Shown: positions 28,149-36,638, counted from the first letter of the stretch. The stretch: DNA of 64,000 nucleotides from an uncultured Candidatus Saccharibacteria bacterium (GCA_964639295.1 CAZXDT010000002.1:134896-198895); one strand, 5' to 3'. Translations and numbers: made by a program. The notes: generated by a model not told the origin, from the sequence alone.

Positions 28149-30221
28149 ATGAATCCAGATAAAAAAGCGGGCGATCGCCCGCAAAAACCAAAAGGTGCAC
28201 CGCGCGCTGCTAAACCGCAGCAAGACAATGGTGGTGGCTCACGTGTTTCACGTGGGGCAGCTATCCGTGCTCAGCGCCGTACCCAGGAAGATGCACACCG
28301 TATTGCAAACCAATACCTTGACGCATCTGCCAAGCAAGACCCGAACACTAAACGGGCAAACTTTATAGACGACAGCCCACGCCTCAAGTTCATCGGACTT
28401 GGTGGTATGGATGGTGGTGGTTCTAAGAACACACTGCTTGTTGAATACATGAACGACGCAGTCATTATGGACTGTGGTAACGACCTTGGTGTTGATTTGC
28501 CAGGTATTAACTATGGTATCGCCGACATGACGTACCTCGAAAGTATCAAGCACAAACTCCGTGGTTACATCATTACGCATGGTCACTTGGACCACATTGG
28601 AGGACTACCTCACATCGTGCCACGTTTCCCAGCACCAATTTACGGCTCACGTTTTACCATTGGTCGCGTGGAAGAAATCTTCGAAAACTTTGGTCTGCCA
28701 ATGCCAGAAGGTTTTGAACTCAAGACCGTCATTATGAACGAAGACACCCATGAACGGCTTAAGGTCGGACCATTCTTTGTAGAGCTTGTCCGCGTGACAC
28801 ACTCTATTCCAGGTTCAACCGTGATCGTGCTCGATACACCAGTTGGTCGTTTGATTAACACCGGTGACTTCCGTCTTGACCCTAATCCGCTTGACCACGA
28901 ACGTACTGATACAGAACGTTTAATCCAGCTCGGTAACGAAGGTGTTTTGGCGCTATTGTCAGAGTCTACGACTACTGAACGTCCTGGCCGTACTCCATCA
29001 GAAAGTACTATTGAACAAAGCTTCAAGGACATTATGGATCAGGCTCCTGGCCGTATCTTTATTGGTCTATTTAGCACCAACATGAACCGTGTTCAGATGT
29101 TGATCAATGCTGCCGTCCACCACAATAAGAAAGTGGCTATGGATGGTCGTAGTATGATTTCTACGCTAGAAATGGCAGTCCGTAACGGCTTTATCCGCGT
29201 GCCCAAGGGAACTTTTGTGCCAATCGCTAGTGTCCCAACTATGAAAGACACCGATGTCGTTATTGTATGTACTGGTAGCCAGGGTGAACCAAGCTCTGCT
29301 ATGCAGCGTATGAGTAATGGTGAGCACCGCCACATCAAGCTTAAGGAACAAGACACTGTGGTTTTGAGCTCTAGCCCAATCCCGTACTCAGGTAACGACG
29401 AGAAGATTCGTTCTATGGTAGACGATTTGCACCGTAAGGGTGTGCATGTCTTCCAGCACATTACCCGTGAACTCTATGGCCATGGTCCGTTGCACGTGTC
29501 TGGTCACGCATCAGTAGACGAATACAAAGACATGATCAACTTCACCAAGCCAAAATTCTTTGTGCCTATTTATGGTGACTACACAAGTAAGCGCCAGCAC
29601 ATCGAAATTGCTGTTGAAGAAGGTATTCCACGTAAGAACACCATCAACCTTGATAATGGCCAGGTATTGGCATTTACGCCAGACACCATGGAAGTTATTG
29701 GTGAAGTACCCCACGGTACTGTACTGGTTGACCAGTCTGGTAGCATCGTGAGCAATGTCGTTATTAAAGACCGCCTCATGCTTGCTGAAGAGGGAATGGT
29801 CGCAGTAGTGTTAACCGTCGATAAAAAGAACGGTAATCTACTGACCAGCCCAGACATCATCACGCGTGGCTTTATATATATTCGTGACTCAGAAGAGCTG
29901 ATGAATGAATTCCGTATTGAGCTAAAGCGTGCTGTACAACAACGTTTCAAACGTATTGATTTGGACCGTTTCAAGGCTGAACTCAAAGACCATGTGACAC
30001 ATTTCCTGTTTGAAAAAACCGGTCGTTCACCAATCGTTATCCCTGTGGTTAATGTCATTGGTGGCGGTGGTGGCCCCCGTGGTGACAACAAGAAACAGCC
30101 AACAACGGTTAATGGCAAGCCTCAGCCAGAAAACGCGCCTGAATACTCCCCGGAGGATCAGCAGAAGCGCTTCGAACAGATGCGTGCTAAGCTCCTCGGC
30201 CAAGACGCCCGTACAGATTAA
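28149..30221 (+). CDS. rnj: ribonuclease J, with basic low-complexity N- and C-terminal extensions
   Basis: Metallo-beta-lactamase motif ITHGHLDHIGG, beta-CASP region, and HVSGHAS motif. AAAGGAAA SD upstream. Confidence 0.92.
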   Translation: MNPDKKAGDRPQKPKGAPRAAKPQQDNGGGSRVSRGAAIRAQRRTQEDAHRIANQYLDASAKQDPNTKRANFIDDSPRLKFIGLGGMDGGGSKNTLLVEYMNDAVIMDCGNDLGVDLPGINYGIADMTYLESIKHKLRGYIITHGHLDHIGGLPHIVPRFPAPIYGSRFTIGRVEEIFENFGLPMPEGFELKTVIMNEDTHERLKVGPFFVELVRVTHSIPGSTVIVLDTPVGRLINTGDFRLDPNPLDHERTDTERLIQLGNEGVLALLSESTTTERPGRTPSESTIEQSFKDIMDQAPGRIFIGLFSTNMNRVQMLINAAVHHNKKVAMDGRSMISTLEMAVRNGFIRVPKGTFVPIASVPTMKDTDVVIVCTGSQGEPSSAMQRMSNGEHRHIKLKEQDTVVLSSSPIPYSGNDEKIRSMVDDLHRKGVHVFQHITRELYGHGPLHVSGHASVDEYKDMINFTKPKFFVPIYGDYTSKRQHIEIAVEEGIPRKNTINLDNGQVLAFTPDTMEVIGEVPHGTVLVDQSGSIVSNVVIKDRLMLAEEGMVAVVLTVDKKNGNLLTSPDIITRGFIYIRDSEELMNEFRIELKRAVQQRFKRIDLDRFKAELKDHVTHFLFEKTGRSPIVIPVVNVIGGGGGPRGDNKKQPTTVNGKPQPENAPEYSPEDQQKRFEQMRAKLLGQDARTD

Positions 30222-30238
30222 TCTGTATTAGCTCGAAT

Positions 30239-30263
30239 AAAACCGCCTGAAAGGGCGGTTTTT
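30239..30263 (+). terminator. rho-independent terminator
   Basis: AACCGCC-TGAAAG-GGCGGTT followed by TTTTG. Confidence 0.8.
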
Positions 30264-30288
30264 GTTTGCCTTTTGTTCATAATTACTC

Positions 30289-30317
30289 TTGACGCTCATG
30301 CTTATTTGTGATAAAAT
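30289..30317 (+). promoter_or_regulatory. sigma-70-type promoter with extended -10, driving a leaderless transcript
   Basis: TTGACG-17 nt-TGaTAAAAT. The ATG at 30325 lies 7 nt after the -10 box. Confidence 0.7.
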
Positions 30318-30324
30318 ATACAAC

Positions 30325-30624
30325 ATGACAGAATCATCTGCACCAGACCCAAACACTGCGCCGTACCCAGAGCCAACTGAGTACTACTTGCCACAGGAGC
30401 TTGGGCTTAATGATAAAAACTCCAAGGATATGGAGTTGTATGTTCAATCAGGTGGTTTGCGTGACGCAGGAGAATTGCTGATCGAGAAACGCAAAATAAC
30501 AACTTCTTATGAGCTGGGCAATCCAGATCTACATGTTTACCACAGTATTATGAAAACTATGGATGAAGCAATCGCCCAGGTGTTTCAAGAGCACGAGCAA
30601 AGACAGCTAGACCGTAAGGGGTAA
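30325..30624 (+). CDS. hypothetical protein
   Basis: ORF starting at MTESSAPD. The track's TTG start (30289) coincides with the -35 box and is rejected. Confidence 0.5.
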   Translation: MTESSAPDPNTAPYPEPTEYYLPQELGLNDKNSKDMELYVQSGGLRDAGELLIEKRKITTSYELGNPDLHVYHSIMKTMDEAIAQVFQEHEQRQLDRKG

Positions 30625-30648
30625 GCAGAGTATAATCGGAATCAAATC

Positions 30649-32883
30649 ATGGCAAAGAAAAAACAAACCAGAAAGAAAAAAGTAGCACCAAAGGAGCAAG
30701 AACCTTCGCTCTTTTGGCCGATTGCGTGGGGAATTATCCTCATTATCCTAGCGATCTTGCTCTATATCGGTGGCTTCAACGCTGGTGGTCCTTTACCTCA
30801 GGCAATGTATGACGGTGTTTCTAGCGCATTTGGTAATGCTGCATTCGTTGTTGCTACGGCGCTACTCTACATGGGTATATTGAAGGTTGCCGATGAGGAC
30901 AAACGACTGCCTAAGGTCAAAAGTCTATTTACTGTATTGTTTGCAGTTTTCACTGCGGCCTTTTTGTATGTAGTTACTGCTGATAAGAGCGAACTTACAG
31001 GTGAATACACCGGCGGAGTAGGGGGCACAGTCGGTGCCGCTGTCGGTGGAGCATCACTTGGTATGCTGAGTACTGTTCTATCAACAGTAGTTTTGCTGAT
31101 ACTGATGGCAGTGAGTGCATGTTTGGCTACAGGTACACCGCTCAAGGTCCTACTCAAGCCATTCAAGGCGATGTTCCAGAAGCGTGAAAAGCGTGAGAAA
31201 GACACCGATATTGAGGCGCTCAAAGCAGAGAACGGCTTCAAGCGTGTAGAAGGTGTGCCAACAGTTCACCACGGGGCAGAAGCAGAGGCTGACAAGCAGC
31301 GTCCACGGCTCAGTAGTCTCAAAAATACTGCTGCCAAACTAACCCCAACAGAGAATCACGAGGCACTTACAACAGCAAGTGACCCAAACTGGCAGTTCCC
31401 GGGCATTAATTTACTAAACCAGAAACAGGACAAGGCAGATGCCGGTGACGTAGAAGGCAATGCCAATGCTATCCAGGAAACATTTGAACACTTTAATATT
31501 GCAGTAGAGATGGAAGGTGCCAATATTGGCCCGCGTGTTACACAGTACACCCTCAAGCCACCTACCGGTGTTAAATTGACCAAGATTACAGCCCTAGAAA
31601 ACAACTTAGCACTTGATCTGGCTGCAACTAGCATTCGTATGGAAGCCCCGATTCCTGGCAAACGCGCCGTTGGTATTGAAGTACCAAACGTTAAGCCAGC
31701 GATTGTTCGCATGGCAAGTTTGCTGCAATCACGTGAGTGGGCGGATATTAAGAGTCCACTGGGATTTGTGATTGGCAAAGACATCACTGGCGCGCCAGTT
31801 GTAGCTGATCTGGCCAAGATGCCTCACTTGCTCGTTGCTGGACAGACTGGTTCTGGTAAGTCCGTAATGATTAACGATATTTTGACCAGCCTGCTGTACC
31901 GCAACAGTCCGTCAGATCTTAAGCTTATTTTGGTTGATCCTAAGCAAGTAGAACTGACTCCGTACAACGATATACCGCACCTTCTAACCCCTGTTATTAA
32001 TGAGCCAGAGAAGTGTATTAGTGCGCTTAAGTGGGCAGTTGCCGAGATGGAGCGCCGTCTTAAGGCTATGAGTGAAGTTGGTCGTCGTAACATCGTCGAA
32101 TACAACAATCTGAAAAAAGAAGAAGGCATGCCGTATATCGTGATCGTAATTGATGAGTTGGCTGACCTGATGATGGTAGCTGCTCGTGATGTTGAGTCAT
32201 TGATTGTACGTTTGGCACAGAAGGCACGTGCCTCTGGTATCCACTTAGTGCTCGCAACGCAGCGTCCGTCCGTAGATGTTATTACTGGTCTTATCAAGGC
32301 TAACGTTCCTGCTCGTATTGCCTTTACGGTGGCTAGCCAGGTTGACTCACGAACCATTATTGACCAAGTTGGTGCAGAGAAATTACTTGGCCAAGGTGAC
32401 ATGCTGCTATCGACATCTGAAATGCCTAAACCTAAGCGTGTACAGGGTGCATTTATCGATGATGCTGAGACGCTAAAAGTTACTGACTTTATCCGTATGC
32501 AGCGTCCGCCACAGTACGATGACGAAATTATTAGTCAGCCAGTACAACTTAATGGCAAGGGCGGCATTGTAGCTGACTTTGGCGGCCAAGATGCAGACGA
32601 CGACATGTACAAAGATGCAGTCCGTGCAGTGATAGAAGCGCGCAAAGCAAGCACAAGCTTGCTGCAGCGCAGACTGCGCATCGGCTATGGCCGTGCAGCC
32701 CGCCTGGTTGAGACTATGGAAGAACAGGGCATCGTTGGCCCCGCAGATGGTTCACGCCCCCGAGAAGTACTAGTAAGCAGTCTAGACGAAGTATTTGGCA
32801 GCCCTGGTACATCTGACGACGTTCTCGACGAAAACTTCCCAGAGAATAAAGACGACCCCCGCGAAAACTACCTCGTCCAATAA
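30649..32883 (+). CDS. ftsK: DNA translocase FtsK
   Basis: N-terminal TM helices, motor domain with Walker A GQTGSGKS and Walker B IVIDELADL, and a C-terminal gamma domain (STSLLQRRLRIGYGRAARLVETMEEQGIV). Confidence 0.95.
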   Translation: MAKKKQTRKKKVAPKEQEPSLFWPIAWGIILIILAILLYIGGFNAGGPLPQAMYDGVSSAFGNAAFVVATALLYMGILKVADEDKRLPKVKSLFTVLFAVFTAAFLYVVTADKSELTGEYTGGVGGTVGAAVGGASLGMLSTVLSTVVLLILMAVSACLATGTPLKVLLKPFKAMFQKREKREKDTDIEALKAENGFKRVEGVPTVHHGAEAEADKQRPRLSSLKNTAAKLTPTENHEALTTASDPNWQFPGINLLNQKQDKADAGDVEGNANAIQETFEHFNIAVEMEGANIGPRVTQYTLKPPTGVKLTKITALENNLALDLAATSIRMEAPIPGKRAVGIEVPNVKPAIVRMASLLQSREWADIKSPLGFVIGKDITGAPVVADLAKMPHLLVAGQTGSGKSVMINDILTSLLYRNSPSDLKLILVDPKQVELTPYNDIPHLLTPVINEPEKCISALKWAVAEMERRLKAMSEVGRRNIVEYNNLKKEEGMPYIVIVIDELADLMMVAARDVESLIVRLAQKARASGIHLVLATQRPSVDVITGLIKANVPARIAFTVASQVDSRTIIDQVGAEKLLGQGDMLLSTSEMPKPKRVQGAFIDDAETLKVTDFIRMQRPPQYDDEIISQPVQLNGKGGIVADFGGQDADDDMYKDAVRAVIEARKASTSLLQRRLRIGYGRAARLVETMEEQGIVGPADGSRPREVLVSSLDEVFGSPGTSDDVLDENFPENKDDPRENYLVQ

Positions 32884-33043
32884 ACTACTTGCAAAGTCAA
32901 AACCGTAAGCGTTATTATGTGCTTAATATGAATACCAAAAACAAAAGGCAAGAGGGCTAACATATGAAATGGCTTGGACCAGTCGATTCTTTCGCTGGCC
33001 AACCACTGTGCCCAGTGCTTATTGTATCCAAACAGATAATTGA

Positions 33044-33073
33044 AACACCCGCTGACTCTAGAGGGTGTTTTTT
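33044..33073 (+). terminator. rho-independent terminator
   Basis: AACACCC-(12 nt)-GGGTGTT followed by TTTT. It sits 160 nt after the ftsK stop. Confidence 0.75.
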
Positions 33074-33090
33074 AGATACGGAGTTGGTGT

Positions 33091-34089
33091 GTGAGTGATA
33101 TGCCAAGAATAATTACTGCGGACTGCCCCTTTCCAAAGGAGATTGATGATGGACTGTTTGTAGAGCGCATGGATGAAGATCACGAGTTATACCGGGTAGG
33201 TGTTTGCGTTGTTGACACATCTAGCGTCTACGACGAACCAAGTGTACTTGAGCAGGCATATACCAGAACAACAGCAAAATACTGGGATATCCCCGGGGAC
33301 GAACCAGGCTATGAGCCAATGATCGATCCGTCCATAATTAAGGGCCTTGAATTTACTGCTGGAAGCGTAAGAGATGCCCTTATAGTCACGTTTCTGGTTG
33401 GCGCCAAGAAGGAGCCTAGTGATGTTTCTGTTTCATTTGGCGAGGTAGAGGTAGCACATAATATGAGTTACAAAGACTTTGCTTATTACACAAGTTATAG
33501 AAGAGGAAAAAAGTTTGCGAATGCCAGCAGGCTGATAAAAGATCATCTGGGCTATGCGGCATATGGCGACCATGCAGGTACGCGACCACAGTGGCAGGAA
33601 GGGCAGTCACTTAACACATTAGGCAGAGCCAAGCGAGGTTCCAAAATGAACGAGGCATTTATGGTAGCTACTAATCATTTAGTTGGACAAATGCTAGCCA
33701 ATGAGGACCGGCAAGGGTTAGACATCTTTCGTATTCATGACCCTAAACATGACCCGGAAGATGAGCAATATATAGAGTTTTTACCAGCAAATGTTGCGCG
33801 TTTTAGTACAGTACCAGGTTTACACGCCGGGTTGGGACTGGATCCATATTGCAGAGTTACTTCTCCTCTTAGGCGCTTGGATGATTTTGTTATGAATTAC
33901 CAGCTCAAACAACGTTTCCTTGGCGTACAGCCTACAGCCCAAGATGCCGGAAGTGTTACGCTTGCGGTGGAAAGACTTACTCAGGAACTGATTGCTTCTG
34001 CTCCTGGAGCAGCATCCCGCTTTAACAGGCAAAGTGTATTGGGCAGGGCTGCTACAGGGCAAGTATTACCAATTGCAGTCGGTCAATAG
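33091..34089 (+). CDS. stand-alone RNB-domain (RNase II/R catalytic domain-like) protein
   Basis: RNB motif I-like DCPFPKEIDDGLFVE and motif IV-like CRVTSPLRRLDDFVMNYQL. No cold-shock or S1 domains fit in 332 aa. Confidence 0.6.
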   Translation: MSDMPRIITADCPFPKEIDDGLFVERMDEDHELYRVGVCVVDTSSVYDEPSVLEQAYTRTTAKYWDIPGDEPGYEPMIDPSIIKGLEFTAGSVRDALIVTFLVGAKKEPSDVSVSFGEVEVAHNMSYKDFAYYTSYRRGKKFANASRLIKDHLGYAAYGDHAGTRPQWQEGQSLNTLGRAKRGSKMNEAFMVATNHLVGQMLANEDRQGLDIFRIHDPKHDPEDEQYIEFLPANVARFSTVPGLHAGLGLDPYCRVTSPLRRLDDFVMNYQLKQRFLGVQPTAQDAGSVTLAVERLTQELIASAPGAASRFNRQSVLGRAATGQVLPIAVGQ

Positions 34090-34097
34090 GTAGATAC

Positions 34098-34126
34098 TTG
34101 CACAACAGGGGTGGATGTAGTACAAT
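34098..34126 (+). promoter_or_regulatory. sigma-70-type promoter of rpsF-rpsR
   Basis: TTGCAC-17 nt (AACAGGGGTGGATGTAG)-TACAAT. The leader contains a GUUCGCA...UGCGGGC hairpin, a candidate S6:S18 binding site. Confidence 0.6.
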
Positions 34127-34186
34127 AATCTAGCTATTAACTCAGTTCGCATCCATTACGTGAGTGCGGGCACTAACCAAGGGAGT

Positions 34187-34585
34187 ATGTCTATGACATC
34201 ACAGTACGAAATTGCTGTTCTCTATCACCCTGACTTGGAAGTAGATCTTTCCAAGGCAGAAGAAAAGGTAACCAAGATTATCACCGATAACGGCGGTAAG
34301 ATTGTTGCTACCGACAACTGGGGTAAGCGCAAGCTGCTCTATACTATCAAGAAGCTCGACCACGCTGTCTACGTGTTTTACACCGTAGAAATGCCTGGTG
34401 AAGGCGTTAAGAAGGTAGAAGCTACACTTAACATCACTGACGAAGTTATCCGTTATTTGTTGGTTAAACCAGATCTTAAGAAGATTGCTAAGGCAGAAGC
34501 TGCCAAGGCCGAGAAAGCCGCAAAAGCAGCTGCTCGTGGTGACCACGCAAACGACGATGATAAAGAAGACGAGAGCGAGGAATAA
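34187..34585 (+). CDS. rpsF: 30S ribosomal protein S6
   Basis: [11 protein letters not shown]...[12 protein letters not shown]...AVYVFY, with an acidic C-terminal tail. I chose start ATG 34187 (34193 is an alternative); the track GTG 34160 is less likely. Confidence 0.9.
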   Translation: MSMTSQYEIAVLYHPDLEVDLSKAEEKVTKIITDNGGKIVATDNWGKRKLLYTIKKLDHAVYVFYTVEMPGEGVKKVEATLNITDEVIRYLLVKPDLKKIAKAEAAKAEKAAKAAARGDHANDDDKEDESEE

Positions 34586-34587
34586 TC

Positions 34588-34791
34588 ATGGCTAAGATTT
34601 TTAAGCACAAGACAGACGTTGCGTACTTTGACTACAAGGACTTCAAGACCTTGCAGCGCTACATCAACGGTTTTGGACAGATCGAATCTCGTAAGAAGAC
34701 CGGTCTTAAGGAACACGAACAGCGCCGACTCAGCATTGCTATTAAGCGTGCTCGTCACCTAGCGTTGCTACCTTTCGTAGCTAACAACTAA
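34588..34791 (+). CDS. rpsR: 30S ribosomal protein S18
   Basis: [51 protein letters not shown]. Confidence 0.93.
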   Translation: MAKIFKHKTDVAYFDYKDFKTLQRYINGFGQIESRKKTGLKEHEQRRLSIAIKRARHLALLPFVANN

Positions 34792-34810
34792 TCCCACGCA
34801 CTTTGCGCCA

Positions 34811-34860
34811 GCCCGGCCTGCTCATGAACCTCCGTCCATGACCCGCCGGGCTTCTTGGTT
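34811..34860 (+). terminator. terminator-like hairpin after rpsR
   Basis: GCCCGGC...GCCGGGC stem enclosing an inner TCATG/CATGA hairpin, followed by TTCTTGGTTATTTT. Confidence 0.5.
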
Positions 34861-34942
34861 ATTTTGGGCTTGAATCCTTACGGTACGCGTTCACCGTATT
34901 TAAATACGGCTCTCTTGCGTTCCGCGGATTCGTACCCAAACT
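34861..34942 (+). ncRNA. unclassified extended-hairpin element, copy 1 (E1)
   Basis: Boxes ATTTTGGGCT / CACCGTATTTAAATACGGCTC / CCAAACT. Stems UUUGGG/CCCAAA, GAAUCC/GGAUUC, CGGUACGC/GCGUUCCG and an apical CCGUAU/AUACGG. Confidence 0.5.
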
Positions 34943-35028
34943 AACTCAAGCGCAAAGCACGTGTTAGCAACATGCACATGCTTGCATCTTTTATCTTAGA
35001 GACGTACGATTTATGAAAGGGAGAAATC

Positions 35029-35331
35029 ATGGCATCGCTAGAGACAAATCCATATGTGGCGGCAATACCAATAGACATGACACCTATATGGGATGGCTTT
35101 GAACCAGGTAAGTTTTATGAACAGGTTGATTTAGGGTCTCGCGCAGCTGTGGAAGGACTTGCAAGTGCTCTGACGCAAAAGTTTGCAGACCGAAGAGTCA
35201 CTGTTCCTGTTGCGACCATAGCTAATCAAATTGAATGGGTTAATTCGCTAATGCCAGGTGAGTACGTTGTTTTTACCGGCAAAGATCACTTTGAAGATGA
35301 GATTGCCCGTGTATATCAACGAGTTGATTAA
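35029..35331 (+). CDS. hypothetical protein
   Basis: 100-codon ORF with a GGGAGAA SD. It lies between element E1 and ssb. Confidence 0.5.
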   Translation: MASLETNPYVAAIPIDMTPIWDGFEPGKFYEQVDLGSRAAVEGLASALTQKFADRRVTVPVATIANQIEWVNSLMPGEYVVFTGKDHFEDEIARVYQRVD

Positions 35332-35409
35332 CTTGATCATTTATTAATTTAGCGTTACGGTAGTAGTACAAATTAAATGGACATAGATCCATACAAGGAG
35401 GAATGCCAC

Positions 35410-35883
35410 ATGGCACGTAGTTTCAACCAAGTAATATTAATGGGGAACTTGACCCGTGATCCAGAGCTTCGTCAGACACCTAACGGTCAGTCTGTGACGA
35501 GCTTTAGTTTAGCGCTGAACCGTAGTTACAAGGCTGCAGATGGCAACTGGACCGAAGCAACTGATTATATCGATGTAGTTGCGTGGGGCCCGTTAGGTGA
35601 GCGTGTAGCGCAGTACCTGACAAAAGGTCGCCCGTGTTTGGTTAATGGTCGTTTGCAATCACGTAGCTGGGAGCAAGATGGCCAAAAGCGCAGCAAGGTA
35701 GAAGTTAACGCTCAGGACGTAACCTTCCTTGGTGGCGCAGGCGGTGAAGGTGGAGCTCCACGCAGTGGCGGTGGCGAGTTTGACCAGTCAGCCAAGCCAG
35801 CTCCAGCAGCTAAGAAAAAAGACGACATTGTTATTGAAGATATTGGCGATGAGCCAATTAATTTGGACGACATCCCTTTCTAG
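35410..35883 (+). CDS. ssb: single-stranded DNA-binding protein
   Basis: FNQVILMGNLTRDPELRQTPNGQSVTSFSLA OB fold, a Gly-rich linker, and the C-terminal DDIPF tip. I chose the start at MARSFN; the track starts at 35377. Confidence 0.93.
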   Translation: MARSFNQVILMGNLTRDPELRQTPNGQSVTSFSLALNRSYKAADGNWTEATDYIDVVAWGPLGERVAQYLTKGRPCLVNGRLQSRSWEQDGQKRSKVEVNAQDVTFLGGAGGEGGAPRSGGGEFDQSAKPAPAAKKKDDIVIEDIGDEPINLDDIPF

Positions 35884-35899
35884 ACCATTTTGATTGCAC

Positions 35900-35982
35900 A
35901 TTTTGGGCTAAGGCCTGCGTCAAAAACTCTCACTGTATGTTAAATACGGCTCGTGTTTTGTGCTCGGCATTAGCTCCAAACT
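35900..35982 (+). ncRNA. unclassified extended-hairpin element, copy 2 (E2)
   Basis: It has the same three boxes as E1 at identical spacing (21 and 23 nt). The stems have different sequence but keep their pairing, including G.U pairs that work only on the + strand. Confidence 0.5.
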
Positions 35983-36021
35983 GCATTAATCAAAAAGTCC
36001 TAGAAACAGAGGTAATTTATA

Positions 36022-36351
36022 ATGAATAGTAGTTCTCCGTTTTTATTGGCGAAGCAGTTGCAGATGGATGTTCTGGGGCTGCTTTCTGGTATAGATATTA
36101 CTGATTTGAATGCTAGTGAGCAGAAGGTCTTAGCTCGGTTGAAGAGCGGGTTAGTTGATATACGGTTGGAAGTTCAAGATTATGAGCTGGCAGAAACGCG
36201 CGAGTTGCAGCTGGAAAATGCCAAAAAGGCAAAGGGATATCTGAAGCTGGTTGAGAAAACAATTTCGGATAATACGCTCAACGTCTTTGGCCCGGTTGAT
36301 GTAGCTCACCTAACAGCGTATATTGGACAGATAACGGATAGGTTGGAATAG
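36022..36351 (+). CDS. hypothetical small helical protein
   Basis: 109-codon ORF with a GAGG SD. It is the first gene of a tightly packed run ending in efp. Confidence 0.5.
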   Translation: MNSSSPFLLAKQLQMDVLGLLSGIDITDLNASEQKVLARLKSGLVDIRLEVQDYELAETRELQLENAKKAKGYLKLVEKTISDNTLNVFGPVDVAHLTAYIGQITDRLE

Positions 36352-36353
36352 TC

Positions 36354-36638
36354 ATGAGCAATCACGATTCACTACTCAAACAGGCAATGTTAGTCCAGTC
36401 CAAAACCAAGGACTATTTGGATCAGCATGGACATGAGCAGGCTCGTCGTGTTACGAACGAAATCAATGGGTTGATTAGTGATTTGCGTGGCAAAAAGCCC
36501 GGTTCTCACATAGACAATCGGCTCAAGGCAGTTATCCGTTACTTTGAGGAATTAGAAGAAGAGGTGATGGACTTCCGTCATAGTAATTTACTATCAGGCT
36601 GGTGCGAAGAAATGCGCCGTGAAACAAGGAGTTTATAG
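36354..36638 (+). CDS. hypothetical small helical protein
   Basis: 94-codon ORF starting 2 nt after the previous stop and abutting the efp start. Confidence 0.5.
   Translation: MSNHDSLLKQAMLVQSKTKDYLDQHGHEQARRVTNEINGLISDLRGKKPGSHIDNRLKAVIRYFEELEEEVMDFRHSNLLSGWCEEMRRETRSL

Noticed and set aside
30289-30324. The TTG start proposed by the ORF track for the 30289..30624 ORF.
   Set aside because: The TTG is part of a TTGACG -35 box with perfect 17-nt spacing to TGaTAAAAT. The ATG at 30325 sits 7 nt after the -10 box.
34861-35982. The idea that E1/E2 are integron attC sites flanking a gene cassette.
   Set aside because: attC sites begin with RYYYAAC and end with GTTRRRY. E1 and E2 begin with TTTGGG and end with CCCAAA, which is the opposite polarity on either strand. 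No integron integrase or attI is present in the window.
36022-36638. Two small adjacent helical ORFs upstream of efp, considered as a toxin-antitoxin pair.
   Set aside because: I recognised no toxin or antitoxin motif, and both are tightly embedded in a housekeeping operon (efp, tlyA). There is not enough evidence for more than 'hypothetical'.
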